Origin: a virus
Taxonomy: Duplodnaviria > Heunggongvirae > Uroviricota > Caudoviricetes
Length of the DNA stretch: 60,744 bases
Strand: one strand, 5' to 3'
IMG/VR virus record: IMGVR_UViG_3300005337_000004
Span: 1-60,744 of that record
Part shown: in pieces, positions 43,512 through 53,541 of the stretch
How the letters are laid out: each line of letters begins with the position of its first letter
Position numbering within the stretch: position 1 is the first letter of the stretch
Notes under the pieces: generated by a model
Told to the model about the DNA's origin: nothing
The model's database searches: none
Seen by the model: the letters and a program-made list of their open reading frames with translations, nothing else
Translations under genes and position numbers: made by a program

Positions 43512-44084
43512 GTGACCACAGAACGGGCCTGGCGACGCGCCGCAGCCCTCGAAGCCGCCGCCACCTTCTATGCCGGCACCGGCGCCGACTGCCGCGACAA
43601 ACACGAAGCCGCCCGACGAATCACCGGCCTCGCCGGCCTGCTCGAGCCATGGCTTGCCCGGCCCGCCCCCATCGCCACCGTCCAAATCATCGCGGGGACC
43701 CCGATCCCACGAGACGACACGAAAGGCACACCCGTGTCTCTGGTCATGCCCGACGACGACATGGTCGTCATCACCGCCACCGCTTTCGACGCCGAGAAGG
43801 TTCCGGTCCCGTCCGACTTCACCGACCCCAACGGCCCGTTCCTCGCCCCGTTCACCTGGACCGCCGACAACGCGGCGTTGGTGGAGCTCGCGCCCGCCGC
43901 GGACACCCTGTCGGTGAACGTCCGCTCCGTGCCCGGTTCTGTCGGCACCGTCGCGATCACCGGCACCGATGTCAACGGCAAGGCGCTTGCGCCGTTCACC
44001 ATCGAGATCGACCCGGGCGCGGTCGCGACCGCGGGCGCTGTGGCCGGCACTCCGGTCCCGCGCGACGACGCCCCGCCGGCCTGA
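43512..44084 (+). CDS. beta-rich (Ig-like) protein with possible second in-frame start at 43734
   Basis: GAGGAGG before 43512 and GAAAGG before 43734. Confidence 0.6.
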   Translation: MTTERAWRRAAALEAAATFYAGTGADCRDKHEAARRITGLAGLLEPWLARPAPIATVQIIAGTPIPRDDTKGTPVSLVMPDDDMVVITATAFDAEKVPVPSDFTDPNGPFLAPFTWTADNAALVELAPAADTLSVNVRSVPGSVGTVAITGTDVNGKALAPFTIEIDPGAVATAGAVAGTPVPRDDAPPA

Positions 44085-44095
44085 CCGTGAGCGCC

Positions 44096-44389
44096 ATGAA
44101 GGAGGCGTGGCACGACCTCGAAGCTCGCGGCCACGCCCTAATCGCGCATCTCGAAGAACGAGGCCACGAGTTGGGCCACGAACTCACCACCGAGTTCTGG
44201 GCCTGGTTCGATGAGATCACCGGGAAGCTGCAAGAGATCGAAGCCAAGGCGAAGGCCGACACCGAGCAGGTCGCGCACGACGCTGTCGCGGCCGAGGCGC
44301 CGGTCGCCGCCGAAGTGATGCAGGATGTGGCGGCGGTCGCCGACCACGCAGGCGAGGCCGTGACCGCGCCGGAGACCAAGAGCGCGTGA
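44096..44389 (+). CDS. Ala/Glu-rich hypothetical protein
   Basis: 97-aa helical ORF. Confidence 0.65.
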   Translation: MKEAWHDLEARGHALIAHLEERGHELGHELTTEFWAWFDEITGKLQEIEAKAKADTEQVAHDAVAAEAPVAAEVMQDVAAVADHAGEAVTAPETKSA

Positions 44390-44625
44390 CCGACAAGCCG
44401 CGCCCCACCGTCCGGATCGTTCACCCCGGCGGTGTTCGCCGGGCTGCGGGCCACACGAAGGTTCTCGTGAACGGCAAAGACATCGCCGGCACGGTAACCC
44501 GCATCGAGATCGTCATGTCGGCCGACGACAACAAGCCGGTCGAGGTGAAGCTCACGCTCATCGGCGCCGAGCTCGACATTACTGGCGACCTTGCCGAAGA
44601 CGAGCAGGCCTCCCAGGAGGTGTGA
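44386..44625 (+). CDS. hypothetical protein
   Basis: GTGA overlap; KVLVNGKDI beta-rich. Confidence 0.65.
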   Translation: MTDKPRPTVRIVHPGGVRRAAGHTKVLVNGKDIAGTVTRIEIVMSADDNKPVEVKLTLIGAELDITGDLAEDEQASQEV

Positions 44626-45149
44626 TGCCGCCTGAGACTGCGTTCCGCCGCGACCTCCCGCCGACCGGCGTATACGGCTGCGTCCGTACCAGCGGGTTCG
44701 TGCCGTGGCTCATACGTGCGGTGACCCGGAGTTGGGCGGACCACGTCTTCGTCTCCATTGGCAACGGCCGCATTGTCGAAGCCGAACCCGGTGGCGTCCG
44801 CATCGGCGACGTCTCCGAATACGCCGGCTGCCGCATCGAATACAACACCGGCGAACCCATGACCGACCTGCAGAGCGCCGCGGTCGCCGAGTTCGCCGAG
44901 TCCAAGCGCGGTGAACCCTACGCCTGGACCGCCGACGCGGTCGACGGCCTGCGGTGCCTCGGACTGCGCTGGCGGATCCTCGCACGCTTCGAACGCGCCC
45001 GACGATCCGTCATGTGCTCCGAACTCGCCGCTCAAGCCGGGCAGCACGCCGGGCTGGACTGGCTGTGCGGGCAGGACGATCCGTGCCAGGTCACGCCGTC
45101 AATGTTGGCCCGACGGCTGGTCATACAGCCTTGGAGGCATTCCGAATGA
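44625..45149 (+). CDS. permuted papain-like amidase (YiiX/YaeF, C92-like)
   Basis: DHVFV...IVEA...GEPY...MCSEL (His before Cys). Confidence 0.8.
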   Translation: MPPETAFRRDLPPTGVYGCVRTSGFVPWLIRAVTRSWADHVFVSIGNGRIVEAEPGGVRIGDVSEYAGCRIEYNTGEPMTDLQSAAVAEFAESKRGEPYAWTADAVDGLRCLGLRWRILARFERARRSVMCSELAAQAGQHAGLDWLCGQDDPCQVTPSMLARRLVIQPWRHSE

Positions 45150-45412
45150 CCCTCACCGGCCGAGCCGCTGAAGAACATCCCGAAATCAACGACCTGAAGT
45201 CCGTCCGGTACGGGCTCGTCACACACGCCGCCCGCATCAACGGCGCCGGCGGACGCGCATGGGTCACCGCAGGACCCGGCCGTACCGGCTTCGGCGACGT
45301 CGACTCCGGAACCGGCGCCTACCAGGCGGTCGCCCCCGCCATGACCGAAGCCGAACGGCGCGCAGCCGGGCTACGGCGCAACGGCAGCCCCCGGCACAAG
45401 GGCAGCGTCTGA
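45146..45412 (+). CDS. hypothetical protein
   Basis: ATGA overlap. Confidence 0.55.
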   Translation: MTLTGRAAEEHPEINDLKSVRYGLVTHAARINGAGGRAWVTAGPGRTGFGDVDSGTGAYQAVAPAMTEAERRAAGLRRNGSPRHKGSV

Positions 45413-46044
45413 TGGCCGACACCCGCACCGTCTACGCCAGCATCGGCAACTCCGACGACAAGCTCACCCAGGCCCGCTGGGCAGAGTTCCACGCCAAGGT
45501 CACAGCCACCGTCCGCAGCCACGCGCTGCGCGTCTACGGCGACTGGACCTCCGGCAGCGCCGACCCGTGGCAGAACGCATGCATCGGCTTCGAGATCGGC
45601 CACGAGACCACCGAACGGCTGCGGCGAGACCTGGCCGAACTTGCCGCCGAATACGGTCAGGACTCGATCGCCTGGGCCGAGGCCGAAACCCGATTCATTA
45701 CTCCCGCGACGTCCGAGCCCGCAGCCGTGCCGACGGCGAACAGCCTCGCCGACGACGCCCTTGACTGGGCACGCGAACGGGAACTGTACGAAGACCGCGC
45801 GTCCGGCACGCCCGTCACCATCCACCAGGACCCCGACGGCACCGTCCGGATCATCGACCCGCCGGATGTCGTCGCGATCGACATCGCACTGCTCCGCAAC
45901 CGCGGACTGTCCGGCGTGAGTTTCGCAGACGGGGTCCTCACCGTTGAGGCCGAGCCCGAAACGGTTCGATACCGGCTGATGTGCGCCACCGACCACGGCT
46001 TCACCATCGTGTTCGGGCGCGAAGACCTGGCCGGGAGGCAGTAG
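45412..46044 (+). CDS. two-domain hypothetical phage protein
   Basis: VYASIGNSDDKLTQARW...WQNAC...GQDSIAW. Confidence 0.7.
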   Translation: MADTRTVYASIGNSDDKLTQARWAEFHAKVTATVRSHALRVYGDWTSGSADPWQNACIGFEIGHETTERLRRDLAELAAEYGQDSIAWAEAETRFITPATSEPAAVPTANSLADDALDWARERELYEDRASGTPVTIHQDPDGTVRIIDPPDVVAIDIALLRNRGLSGVSFADGVLTVEAEPETVRYRLMCATDHGFTIVFGREDLAGRQ

Positions 46045-46057
46045 ATGAGGACCCGAC

Positions 46058-46537
46058 ATGGGCCGTGAGCGCGGCAACCAGAAGCACCAGAGCGCGCTGC
46101 TTCGCGCCCGCATCGTGGAGCTTCGCGACGAAGGCCTGACCTTCCGCGAAATCGCCGCCGAAGTAAACCGCGACGTGCACACCACCTGGAACCACTACCA
46201 GAAGGCGATGCGGGACATTCCGGCGCCGATGGTTGCTGCGCACGCCGAGCAGATGGCGAACCGCCGCGAGGAGCAGCTGCGCCGCATCGACATGGAACGC
46301 GAAGCCGTTCTTGAGGTGCTGGCCGCACGCCACGTCACCGTGTCCAACGGCAAGGTCATGTACGAGGACAGTGAGGCGATCCTTGACGACGCGCCGGTCC
46401 TGGCCGCCGTCGATCGCCTGGTCAAGCTTGACGACCAGGAAGCGAAGCTACTCGGCCTGTATGCCAAGACCGAGGTCAATGTCAGCGGCGGCGTGAAATA
46501 CGAGGTCGTCGGCGTACCGGTCGAAGACCTGATGTGA
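46058..46537 (+). CDS. terminase small subunit
   Basis: N-terminal HTH (GLTFREIAAEV), AKLLGL motif, GTGA-coupled to terL. Confidence 0.8.
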   Translation: MGRERGNQKHQSALLRARIVELRDEGLTFREIAAEVNRDVHTTWNHYQKAMRDIPAPMVAAHAEQMANRREEQLRRIDMEREAVLEVLAARHVTVSNGKVMYEDSEAILDDAPVLAAVDRLVKLDDQEAKLLGLYAKTEVNVSGGVKYEVVGVPVEDLM

Positions 46538-47937
46538 CCGCGCCGGCCGTCGTCCGCTACGAGCCGCGCGGCGCAGCGGTCGAACTGTTCAAAAGCACCG
46601 AGAAGGAAGTTCTCATCTCGGGACCGGCCGGAACCGGCAAGTCGGTGGCCGCGCTGTTCCGCATGCACCTGGCCGCGCTGAACAACCCGGGCTTTCGGGG
46701 TTTGATCGTCCGCAAGACGGCTGCCTCGCTGGGTTCGACGACACTGGTGACGTTCGAGAAGAAAGTCGCCTCTGAAGCGCTAGCCGAGGGCGTCGTCGTC
46801 TGGTACGGCGGATCACCTCGCGAAGCGCCGTGCTACCGCTACTACCGCGACGGCAGCGTTTCTTCAACGATCGTCGTCGGCGGCATGGACAAGCCGGCAA
46901 AGATCATGTCGAGTGAGTATGACCTCATCTTCGTCGACGAGGCCACAGAGCTCACGGTCACCGACTGGGAATCGGCCCGCACCCGCCTGCGCAACGGACG
47001 CCGCGCCCGCCAGCAGCTGATGGGTGCGTGCAATCCCGATTCCGAACATCACTGGATGAACCAGCGCGCCACCGAAGGGCGCCTGCGGATGCTGTACTCC
47101 ACGCACCGCGACAACCCCGCCTACGTCAACCGTGACGGCAGCCTGACCGAAGCCGGCCGCGACTACATCGACGGAACCCTCGCCGGCCTGACAGGTATCC
47201 GGCGCAAGCGGCTATACGAAGGCAAGTGGACATCGGCCGAGGGCGTCGTCTACGACAGTTGGGATCCCGCGATCCACCTCGTCGACCGAATGCCGACGAG
47301 CAGCAAGACGTGGACCCGCTACTACTCGGTGGACTTCGGATTCAGCAACCCCTTCACGTGCCAGTTCTGGGCCGAGGACCCCGATGGGCGCCTCTGGCTC
47401 TACCGCGAGATCTACCGCACCAAACGGCTCGTCGAAGACCACGCCCTGGACATCCTCGCCACCGTGCGCCGCCCGCACGGGGACGTCAACTGGACCCACT
47501 CCGGTCGCATCCCGGACCCGAAGAACCCGGCGCATTGGGAATGGACTGAGCCGAAGCCCCGGGCGATCATCTGCGACCACGACGCCGAGGACCGGGCCAC
47601 CCTGGAGCGGCACCTGGGCATGTCGACCGTCGCGGCCCGCAAGTCCGTGTCCGACGGTATCCAGGCCGTGCAGTCGCGGTTGAAGGTCCAGCCAGACGGG
47701 AAGCCGCGGCTGTTTGTCGTGCGGGGGGCCCTGGTCGAGCCGGACCCGGATCTTGTCGCGGCGAAGAAGCCGCTGTGCTTCGCCGACGAAATCCCTGGCT
47801 ACGTATGGCCAACCGGGGTGAAGCCGGACAAGCGTGAGGCGCCGGTCAAAGAAGACGACCATGCGATGGACGCAGGCCGCTATATGACAGCGCACCGTGA
47901 TCTCGGCGCCCGACCAGGAATCAGGATCGTCAAATGA
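46534..47937 (+). CDS. terL: terminase large subunit
   Basis: GPAGTGKS, FVDEATE, CNP...HW, VDFGFSNP, DDHAMDAGRY. Confidence 0.95.
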   Translation: MTAPAVVRYEPRGAAVELFKSTEKEVLISGPAGTGKSVAALFRMHLAALNNPGFRGLIVRKTAASLGSTTLVTFEKKVASEALAEGVVVWYGGSPREAPCYRYYRDGSVSSTIVVGGMDKPAKIMSSEYDLIFVDEATELTVTDWESARTRLRNGRRARQQLMGACNPDSEHHWMNQRATEGRLRMLYSTHRDNPAYVNRDGSLTEAGRDYIDGTLAGLTGIRRKRLYEGKWTSAEGVVYDSWDPAIHLVDRMPTSSKTWTRYYSVDFGFSNPFTCQFWAEDPDGRLWLYREIYRTKRLVEDHALDILATVRRPHGDVNWTHSGRIPDPKNPAHWEWTEPKPRAIICDHDAEDRATLERHLGMSTVAARKSVSDGIQAVQSRLKVQPDGKPRLFVVRGALVEPDPDLVAAKKPLCFADEIPGYVWPTGVKPDKREAPVKEDDHAMDAGRYMTAHRDLGARPGIRIVK

Positions 47938-48206
47938 GCACAGCCACCGTCGGCGCCCACACCCGCCAGCCCGTGAACCGCTGGGCGCCCGCACGCCAAG
48001 GCTTCGCAGCGTGGCGCCACAAGGCCGCGCTCAAGGTCCGGGGCGCCTCCGTTCACATCGTCGGCGCCCAGGCCACCGCCCGCAGAGTCGTCCTGACGGC
48101 CACAGCGTTCGGGTTCCTCGACGCCGCAGCCTGGGACTTCAAGACCATCGCCGGGCTCGCCGCCACGGGCGTTTCCCTGCTGCTGTTCAACGAGTGCCTG
48201 AACTGA
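47934..48206 (+). CDS. small membrane protein
   Basis: Two C-terminal hydrophobic segments. Confidence 0.65.
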   Translation: MSTATVGAHTRQPVNRWAPARQGFAAWRHKAALKVRGASVHIVGAQATARRVVLTATAFGFLDAAAWDFKTIAGLAATGVSLLLFNECLN

Positions 48207-48258
48207 CCGCCGCCGCACGCCCCTCCCCCACCTGAACGAACCGGCGGGAGGTGCGCAC

Positions 48259-50523
48259 GTGGTCCGGTCGGTGTTCAACGTCGTCGGCTCCCTGTTCAAC
48301 AAGAACGCCGACGCCTCCCCGGTCCCCTACGCCGCACCCGGCCGCTACATCATCCCCGCGCTGTCCGGACGCTCGGACAACGAGGTCTACATGCGGACCA
48401 TGGGGACCGCCGGCACCATCTTTCAGATCGTCTCCATCCTCGCCGGATCCGTCGCCGCCCCGCAGTGGCACCTGTACCGCAAAGCCAAGGCCGACGGGCG
48501 TGTCCGCTACACCACCGGCGACCGCGGATCCGACCAGCGCACCGAAGTGCTACAGCACCTGGCGCTGAACGTCTGGAACAACCCCAACCCGTTCAACACC
48601 GGCAGCGCGTTCCGCGAAGCCGGCCAGCAGCACATGGAACTCACCGGCGAACAGTGGTGGGTCGTCAGCCGCGATAGCCGCGCCACGTTCCCGACCGGCT
48701 TGTGGCTGGTGCGCCCGGACCGCATGGAGCCGGTCACCGACGTCGAGACATACATCAAGGGCTACATCTACACCGGGCCGTCCGGCGAGCGCGTACCGCT
48801 GATGCCGGACGAGGTCATCCTCACTAAATTCCCGAACCCGCTGGACCCGTACCGCGGGTTGGGCCCGGTGCAGTCGGTGCTGGTGGACCTGGACGCCATG
48901 AAGTACGGCGCCGAGTGGAACCGGAACTTCTTCATCAACGGGGCCACGCCCGGCGGCATCATCACCGTGCCGAACAACATGTCCGACGACGAGTTCGACG
49001 CCTTCACCAACCGGTGGCGCGAAGCCCACCAGGGTGTGGCCCGTGCTCACCGCGTCGCGGTTCTCGAAGGCGGCGCCACTTGGTCTCCGACGCAGATCAG
49101 CTTGCGCGACATGGACTTTTCCAACCTGCGCAAGGTCAGCAGGGACGTCATCCGCGAGGCCTGGGGCATCCACCAGTCGATGCTCGGCAACTCCGACGAC
49201 GTCAACCGCGCGAACGCCCAAACCGCCGAGGAAGTTTTCGGGCGCTGGAAGGTCATTCCACGGCTGGACCGGATCCGCGACACCCTCAACAACGTCTTCC
49301 TGCCCATGTTCGGCGCCACCGGCGAAGGCGTTGAGTTCGACTACGTCAACCCTCTGCCGGACGACCGCGAAGCCGACAACGCCGAGCTCACGGCGAAGAC
49401 GACCGCGTGGGCGGCGCTGGTCAACGCCGGCGCTGACCCGGATGACGCTGCCGAAGTCGTCGGCCTGCCGGCCATGAAGATGGTGGCAGTCCCAGCACTG
49501 CCGCCCCCGGTGCCGGCCCATGCGACGGACCCCGGCGAGCTTGAGCAAGCAGGCGAATCCGACGGCGAGCCCGCCGAGGACGACAACCAGCCCGGCAACC
49601 GGATGCAAGAACGCTTCACCACCCGCGCCATCTCCAACGCCGCGGCCACCGACCACGACCCCGCCGCGGTAGACCTGTCCGAGATGGACGCCCAGCACCA
49701 ACAGGCAGCCGACCAGCTAGCGGCCGACTACCAGCAGCAGATCACGCCCGACCAGCAGCAGCAGGCCCTCGACCAGATCCGGCAACTCGTCGAGTCCGAG
49801 GCGATCGGCCAACTCGGGAACCTGATCATCGACTACGAGGCGGCGAAAGCGCTGCTCCTTCTGGCGATGATGGCGTTCGGGAAGACCGCCGCACACCAGG
49901 CCGTCAAGGAAGCCGCGAAGCAGGGCGTGACGATTACTGCGGTCGCGCCGACCTCAACGCAACTGAACGGGATCGCAGAATCCGCCGCGTCGCTGATGGC
50001 ATCCGAGCTGGCGACCTCGGCCGGCCGCGAAGCCACCCGTGTCGCCGGCGGCGTTTCAGCCCCGAGCGCGGACACGGTCGTCACCCACGTGGAGAAGTTC
50101 CTGCAAGGGCTGTCGACCGCCGGACCTGCGGCACACCTTGGCGGGGCCCTCGCGGCAGCCGCCAATCAGGCCAGGCACGCCACATTTACTGCCGGACCTC
50201 GCTGCGAGCTAATCGCCAGCGAAATTCGCGACACGAACACCTGTTCCAATTGCGAAGAGATCGACGGCCACTCATTCGGTTACAGCGATGACGCTGCCGC
50301 TGTAGCCGCAGCATCCGCCGCCTACCCGACATCGGGCTACATCCACTGCCAGGGCCTGGAACGCTGCCGCGGCGCGCTGATCGCCCGGTATGAGGCGGTG
50401 GCGGAGCCGGAAAACAAGGCGGACACGTCACTACTGGCGATGCTCCGGAAGATCGTCGATCTCATCGAGCCGGATGTGGCGCCCATCAACGGACACGATC
50501 ACGAACGCGAGGTGCTGGCCTGA
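48259..50523 (+). CDS. HK97-type portal fused to MuF-like head morphogenesis domain
   Basis: Portal motifs (NPNPF, YRGLGPV, FFINGATPGG, LEGG); C-terminal RDTNTCSNC..IDG...CRG. Confidence 0.9.
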   Translation: MVRSVFNVVGSLFNKNADASPVPYAAPGRYIIPALSGRSDNEVYMRTMGTAGTIFQIVSILAGSVAAPQWHLYRKAKADGRVRYTTGDRGSDQRTEVLQHLALNVWNNPNPFNTGSAFREAGQQHMELTGEQWWVVSRDSRATFPTGLWLVRPDRMEPVTDVETYIKGYIYTGPSGERVPLMPDEVILTKFPNPLDPYRGLGPVQSVLVDLDAMKYGAEWNRNFFINGATPGGIITVPNNMSDDEFDAFTNRWREAHQGVARAHRVAVLEGGATWSPTQISLRDMDFSNLRKVSRDVIREAWGIHQSMLGNSDDVNRANAQTAEEVFGRWKVIPRLDRIRDTLNNVFLPMFGATGEGVEFDYVNPLPDDREADNAELTAKTTAWAALVNAGADPDDAAEVVGLPAMKMVAVPALPPPVPAHATDPGELEQAGESDGEPAEDDNQPGNRMQERFTTRAISNAAATDHDPAAVDLSEMDAQHQQAADQLAADYQQQITPDQQQQALDQIRQLVESEAIGQLGNLIIDYEAAKALLLLAMMAFGKTAAHQAVKEAAKQGVTITAVAPTSTQLNGIAESAASLMASELATSAGREATRVAGGVSAPSADTVVTHVEKFLQGLSTAGPAAHLGGALAAAANQARHATFTAGPRCELIASEIRDTNTCSNCEEIDGHSFGYSDDAAAVAAASAAYPTSGYIHCQGLERCRGALIARYEAVAEPENKADTSLLAMLRKIVDLIEPDVAPINGHDHEREVLA

Positions 50524-52079
50524 TGGACCCGTCGCGGCTGAAGACGACCAGGAACATCGCCAACCTCAAGCAGGGGCGAAACGACTGGTACAAGATCCTG
50601 AAGAACCAGGCCGATCCGTCCCGAACCTCGGTGATGCTGTACGACGAGATCGGCTGGTTCGGTGTCACTGCGCAGGATTTCATCAACGACCTGAAGCAGG
50701 TCACCGGCCCGATCGACCTCCACCTGAACTCCCCGGGCGGAGAGGTGTTCGACGGGATCGCGATTCACGCCTTCCTCGCAGCCCGCGGCAACGTCACCAC
50801 CTACGTCGACTCCTTGGCAGCGTCCATCGCCTCGGTGATCGCGATGGCCGGGACCGAGATCGTCATGGGCCGCAACGCCAGCTTCATGGTCCACGACGGC
50901 TTCGGCATGTGCATCGGCAACGCCGCCGACATGCGCGAGCAGGCCGAACTGCTGGAACGCGTCAGCGACAACATCGCCTCGATCTACGCCGACCGCACCG
51001 GCAAGCCCAAGGACGACTGGCGTACCGCGATGCTTGCCGAGACCTGGTACATCGGCCAGGAGGCTGTTGACGCCGGGCTTGCTGACCGGCTGGCCGTGAA
51101 CGGCGCTGCACCCGAGAACCCTGACACGGTCGTTCCCGGGACCAGCCCCGACGAGGACTCCGAGTGGCAGCCGCTGCCCGGGATGGCCGCGCACTTCGAC
51201 CTGTCGATCTTCCGGAACGTTCCGGAGCGGCTGAAGAACCAGGCCACCCCCGCAGCCAAGACGCCGGACGCCATCGGCGACACCGTTCAGATCGACTGGA
51301 ACAGCCCCAACTCGGCCAACGACTTCATCAACCAGATCAGGCAGCACATTCGCGTTCGCAACCACGCGGACAGCGCCGCGCCCCCACCTCCAGCGCCTGA
51401 ACCCCCCGACGAAGCCCCGGCCGAACCCGACCGGGGCTTCGTCGTTCCCGAGGTCGAAATCCAGGGCGAGCCCGGACCCGAACCGGAGCCGCAGCCGGCG
51501 TCCCAGCCCATCGAACAGGAGTCCGCGATGGACACTGCGCGCGTCGCCGAGGAGCTTCTGGCCCTTATGCGCGACGGCTTCAAGAAGGAGTTCGGCAGGA
51601 GCCCCACGCCGCTCGGCATGGAATCGATGCCGCTGCTGAACAAGGCGCTGGCCGTGCACCACACAGCCACGACAGACGAGGCCTGGGACGGACCAGCCGC
51701 TGTCGCGGCGATGCCGAACGACGACTCGGTCCTGCGGTACTGCCACGCCTGGATGTCCGACGAGGCCGCGGCCGAGAAGCCCACACAGGGCGACGACGAC
51801 GCCGACGACCAGAAGAGCAGCTACAAGTTCCCGCACCACAAGACCAAGGGCGGGCCTGCGAACCTCGCGGCCTGCCGCAACGGCCTGGCGCGGCTGTCCG
51901 GCGCGGACATCCCGGATTCCGACCGCGCCGGTGTGAAGGCGCACCTGCAAGCCCACCTCGACGACGCCGACAACGGCGACGACGAAGGCTCCGGCGACAC
52001 CGAAAACCACACCCACACCGACTTCAACTTTGTGTGGGACCCGAGCATGACCGCGGCCTTGAAGGAGGCAATGCAGTGA
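50523..52079 (+). CDS. ClpP-like prohead protease with C-terminal scaffold-like extension
   Basis: LNSPGGEVFDG, AASIASVIAMAG, FMVHD, ETW...EAVDAGLAD. Confidence 0.9.
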   Translation: MDPSRLKTTRNIANLKQGRNDWYKILKNQADPSRTSVMLYDEIGWFGVTAQDFINDLKQVTGPIDLHLNSPGGEVFDGIAIHAFLAARGNVTTYVDSLAASIASVIAMAGTEIVMGRNASFMVHDGFGMCIGNAADMREQAELLERVSDNIASIYADRTGKPKDDWRTAMLAETWYIGQEAVDAGLADRLAVNGAAPENPDTVVPGTSPDEDSEWQPLPGMAAHFDLSIFRNVPERLKNQATPAAKTPDAIGDTVQIDWNSPNSANDFINQIRQHIRVRNHADSAAPPPPAPEPPDEAPAEPDRGFVVPEVEIQGEPGPEPEPQPASQPIEQESAMDTARVAEELLALMRDGFKKEFGRSPTPLGMESMPLLNKALAVHHTATTDEAWDGPAAVAAMPNDDSVLRYCHAWMSDEAAAEKPTQGDDDADDQKSSYKFPHHKTKGGPANLAACRNGLARLSGADIPDSDRAGVKAHLQAHLDDADNGDDEGSGDTENHTHTDFNFVWDPSMTAALKEAMQ

Positions 52080-53488
52080 CCACTACCGCCATCCCGACGT
52101 CCTCGGCCGAGCTCGAGGAGTGGATGAACGACGGCGAACGCATGACGAACGTCTTCAAGGAGGGGAAGTTCAAGGAGTTCGTCGGCAACTACCAGGCGGC
52201 GAACGCCAAGGCGAACCCCGACATCAAGGCTGAGATCGCCGAGCAGGTGCAGCTCGGCATGGCCCAGTTCATGAAGGACAGCGGCGAGAAGGCCGGCAGG
52301 CCGCCGGTCGACCTCACCGCGGAACTCACCTCCGGGCCGGCCGCGCAGCCGCGCGTCCACTTCGAGGACAACGGCCGGCGCACCAGCGCACAGAAGGCCC
52401 TCAACGGCCAGCGCGCCATCGGCCGCGCCCTGGACGGGATGTTCCAGGACTCCGCCGAGTTCTTCAGGGCCACGCACTTCGACGAGATGCGGGTCAACCG
52501 CTCCACAGACCTGTCGGCGAAGCGCGCCAAGGTCACCGAGATCATGAACTCCTTCGGCTCCGAGGTTCCGGCCGACGGTGGCTTCCTGATCCCGGAGACG
52601 CTGCGCTCGAACCTGCTGCAGGTCGCACTGGAGCAGGCGGTCGTCCGGCCGCGGGCGCAGGTCATCCCGATGGAGACGCTGCGCGTCCCGATCCCGATGA
52701 TCGACTCCACCAGCAACGTGTCCTCGGTGTTCGGTGGTGTGATCTGCTACTGGACCGAGGAAGCCGCGGCTCTCGTCGAGTCGCAGGCCAGCTTCGGCCG
52801 CGTCACCCTGGACGCCAAGAAGCTCACCGGCTACGCCGAGATCCCCAACGAGCTTCTGGCCGACGCCCCGGCGTTCACCAGCTTCTTCGACGACGTCTTC
52901 CCTCGCGCTCTCGCCTGGTACGAGGACATCGGCTTCATGAACGGCACCGGCGCCGGCGAGCCCCGCGGCTTCGTCAACTGCCCGGCGGCCGTCGCGGTCG
53001 CGGCTCAGGCCGGCCAGCCGTCGGCGACGATCGTGTGGGAGAACATCGTCGCGATGTACGCGCGGATGCTCCCGACCGCGCTGCAGAACGCGGTGTGGAT
53101 CGCGAGCATCGACACGTTCCCGCAGCTCGCGACGATGGCGCTGTCTGTCGGCACCGGCGGTTCCGCGGTGTGGCTGGGCAACCTGCAGCAGCCCGGTTCG
53201 GCCGTGCCGCCGGTCAGCATCCTTGGCCGTCCGGTCATCTTCACGGAGAAGACGCCGGCGCTGGGCAGCCTCGGCGACATCAACTTCGTCGACCTGTCCT
53301 ACTACCTCATCGGCGACCGGCAGATGATGCAGTCCACGTCCTCGCCGCACTTCAAGTTCGCGAGCGACAAGACCGTATTCCGAATTATCTCCCGAGTTGA
53401 TGGCCAGCCGTGGCTGCAGTCTCCGATCCAGCCTCATAATGGCGCCGGCTCCTTGTCGCCGTTTGTGAGCCTGGCCGCCCGTCCGTAA
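52076..53488 (+). CDS. major capsid protein (HK97 fold)
   Basis: DGGFLIPE, WTEEAA, AKKL, GTGAGEPRG, LGRPV. Confidence 0.95.
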   Translation: MTTTAIPTSSAELEEWMNDGERMTNVFKEGKFKEFVGNYQAANAKANPDIKAEIAEQVQLGMAQFMKDSGEKAGRPPVDLTAELTSGPAAQPRVHFEDNGRRTSAQKALNGQRAIGRALDGMFQDSAEFFRATHFDEMRVNRSTDLSAKRAKVTEIMNSFGSEVPADGGFLIPETLRSNLLQVALEQAVVRPRAQVIPMETLRVPIPMIDSTSNVSSVFGGVICYWTEEAAALVESQASFGRVTLDAKKLTGYAEIPNELLADAPAFTSFFDDVFPRALAWYEDIGFMNGTGAGEPRGFVNCPAAVAVAAQAGQPSATIVWENIVAMYARMLPTALQNAVWIASIDTFPQLATMALSVGTGGSAVWLGNLQQPGSAVPPVSILGRPVIFTEKTPALGSLGDINFVDLSYYLIGDRQMMQSTSSPHFKFASDKTVFRIISRVDGQPWLQSPIQPHNGAGSLSPFVSLAARP

Positions 53489-53490
53489 TC

Positions 53491-53516
53491 TCAATGCGCC
53501 AATCATGGCGCATTGA
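53491..53516. other. 11-bp AT-rich hairpin upstream of endonuclease gene
   Basis: TCAATGCGCCA-ATCA-TGGCGCATTGA. Confidence 0.7.
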
Positions 53517-53541
53517 CGATGCACAATTGCTAAACTGAGCC

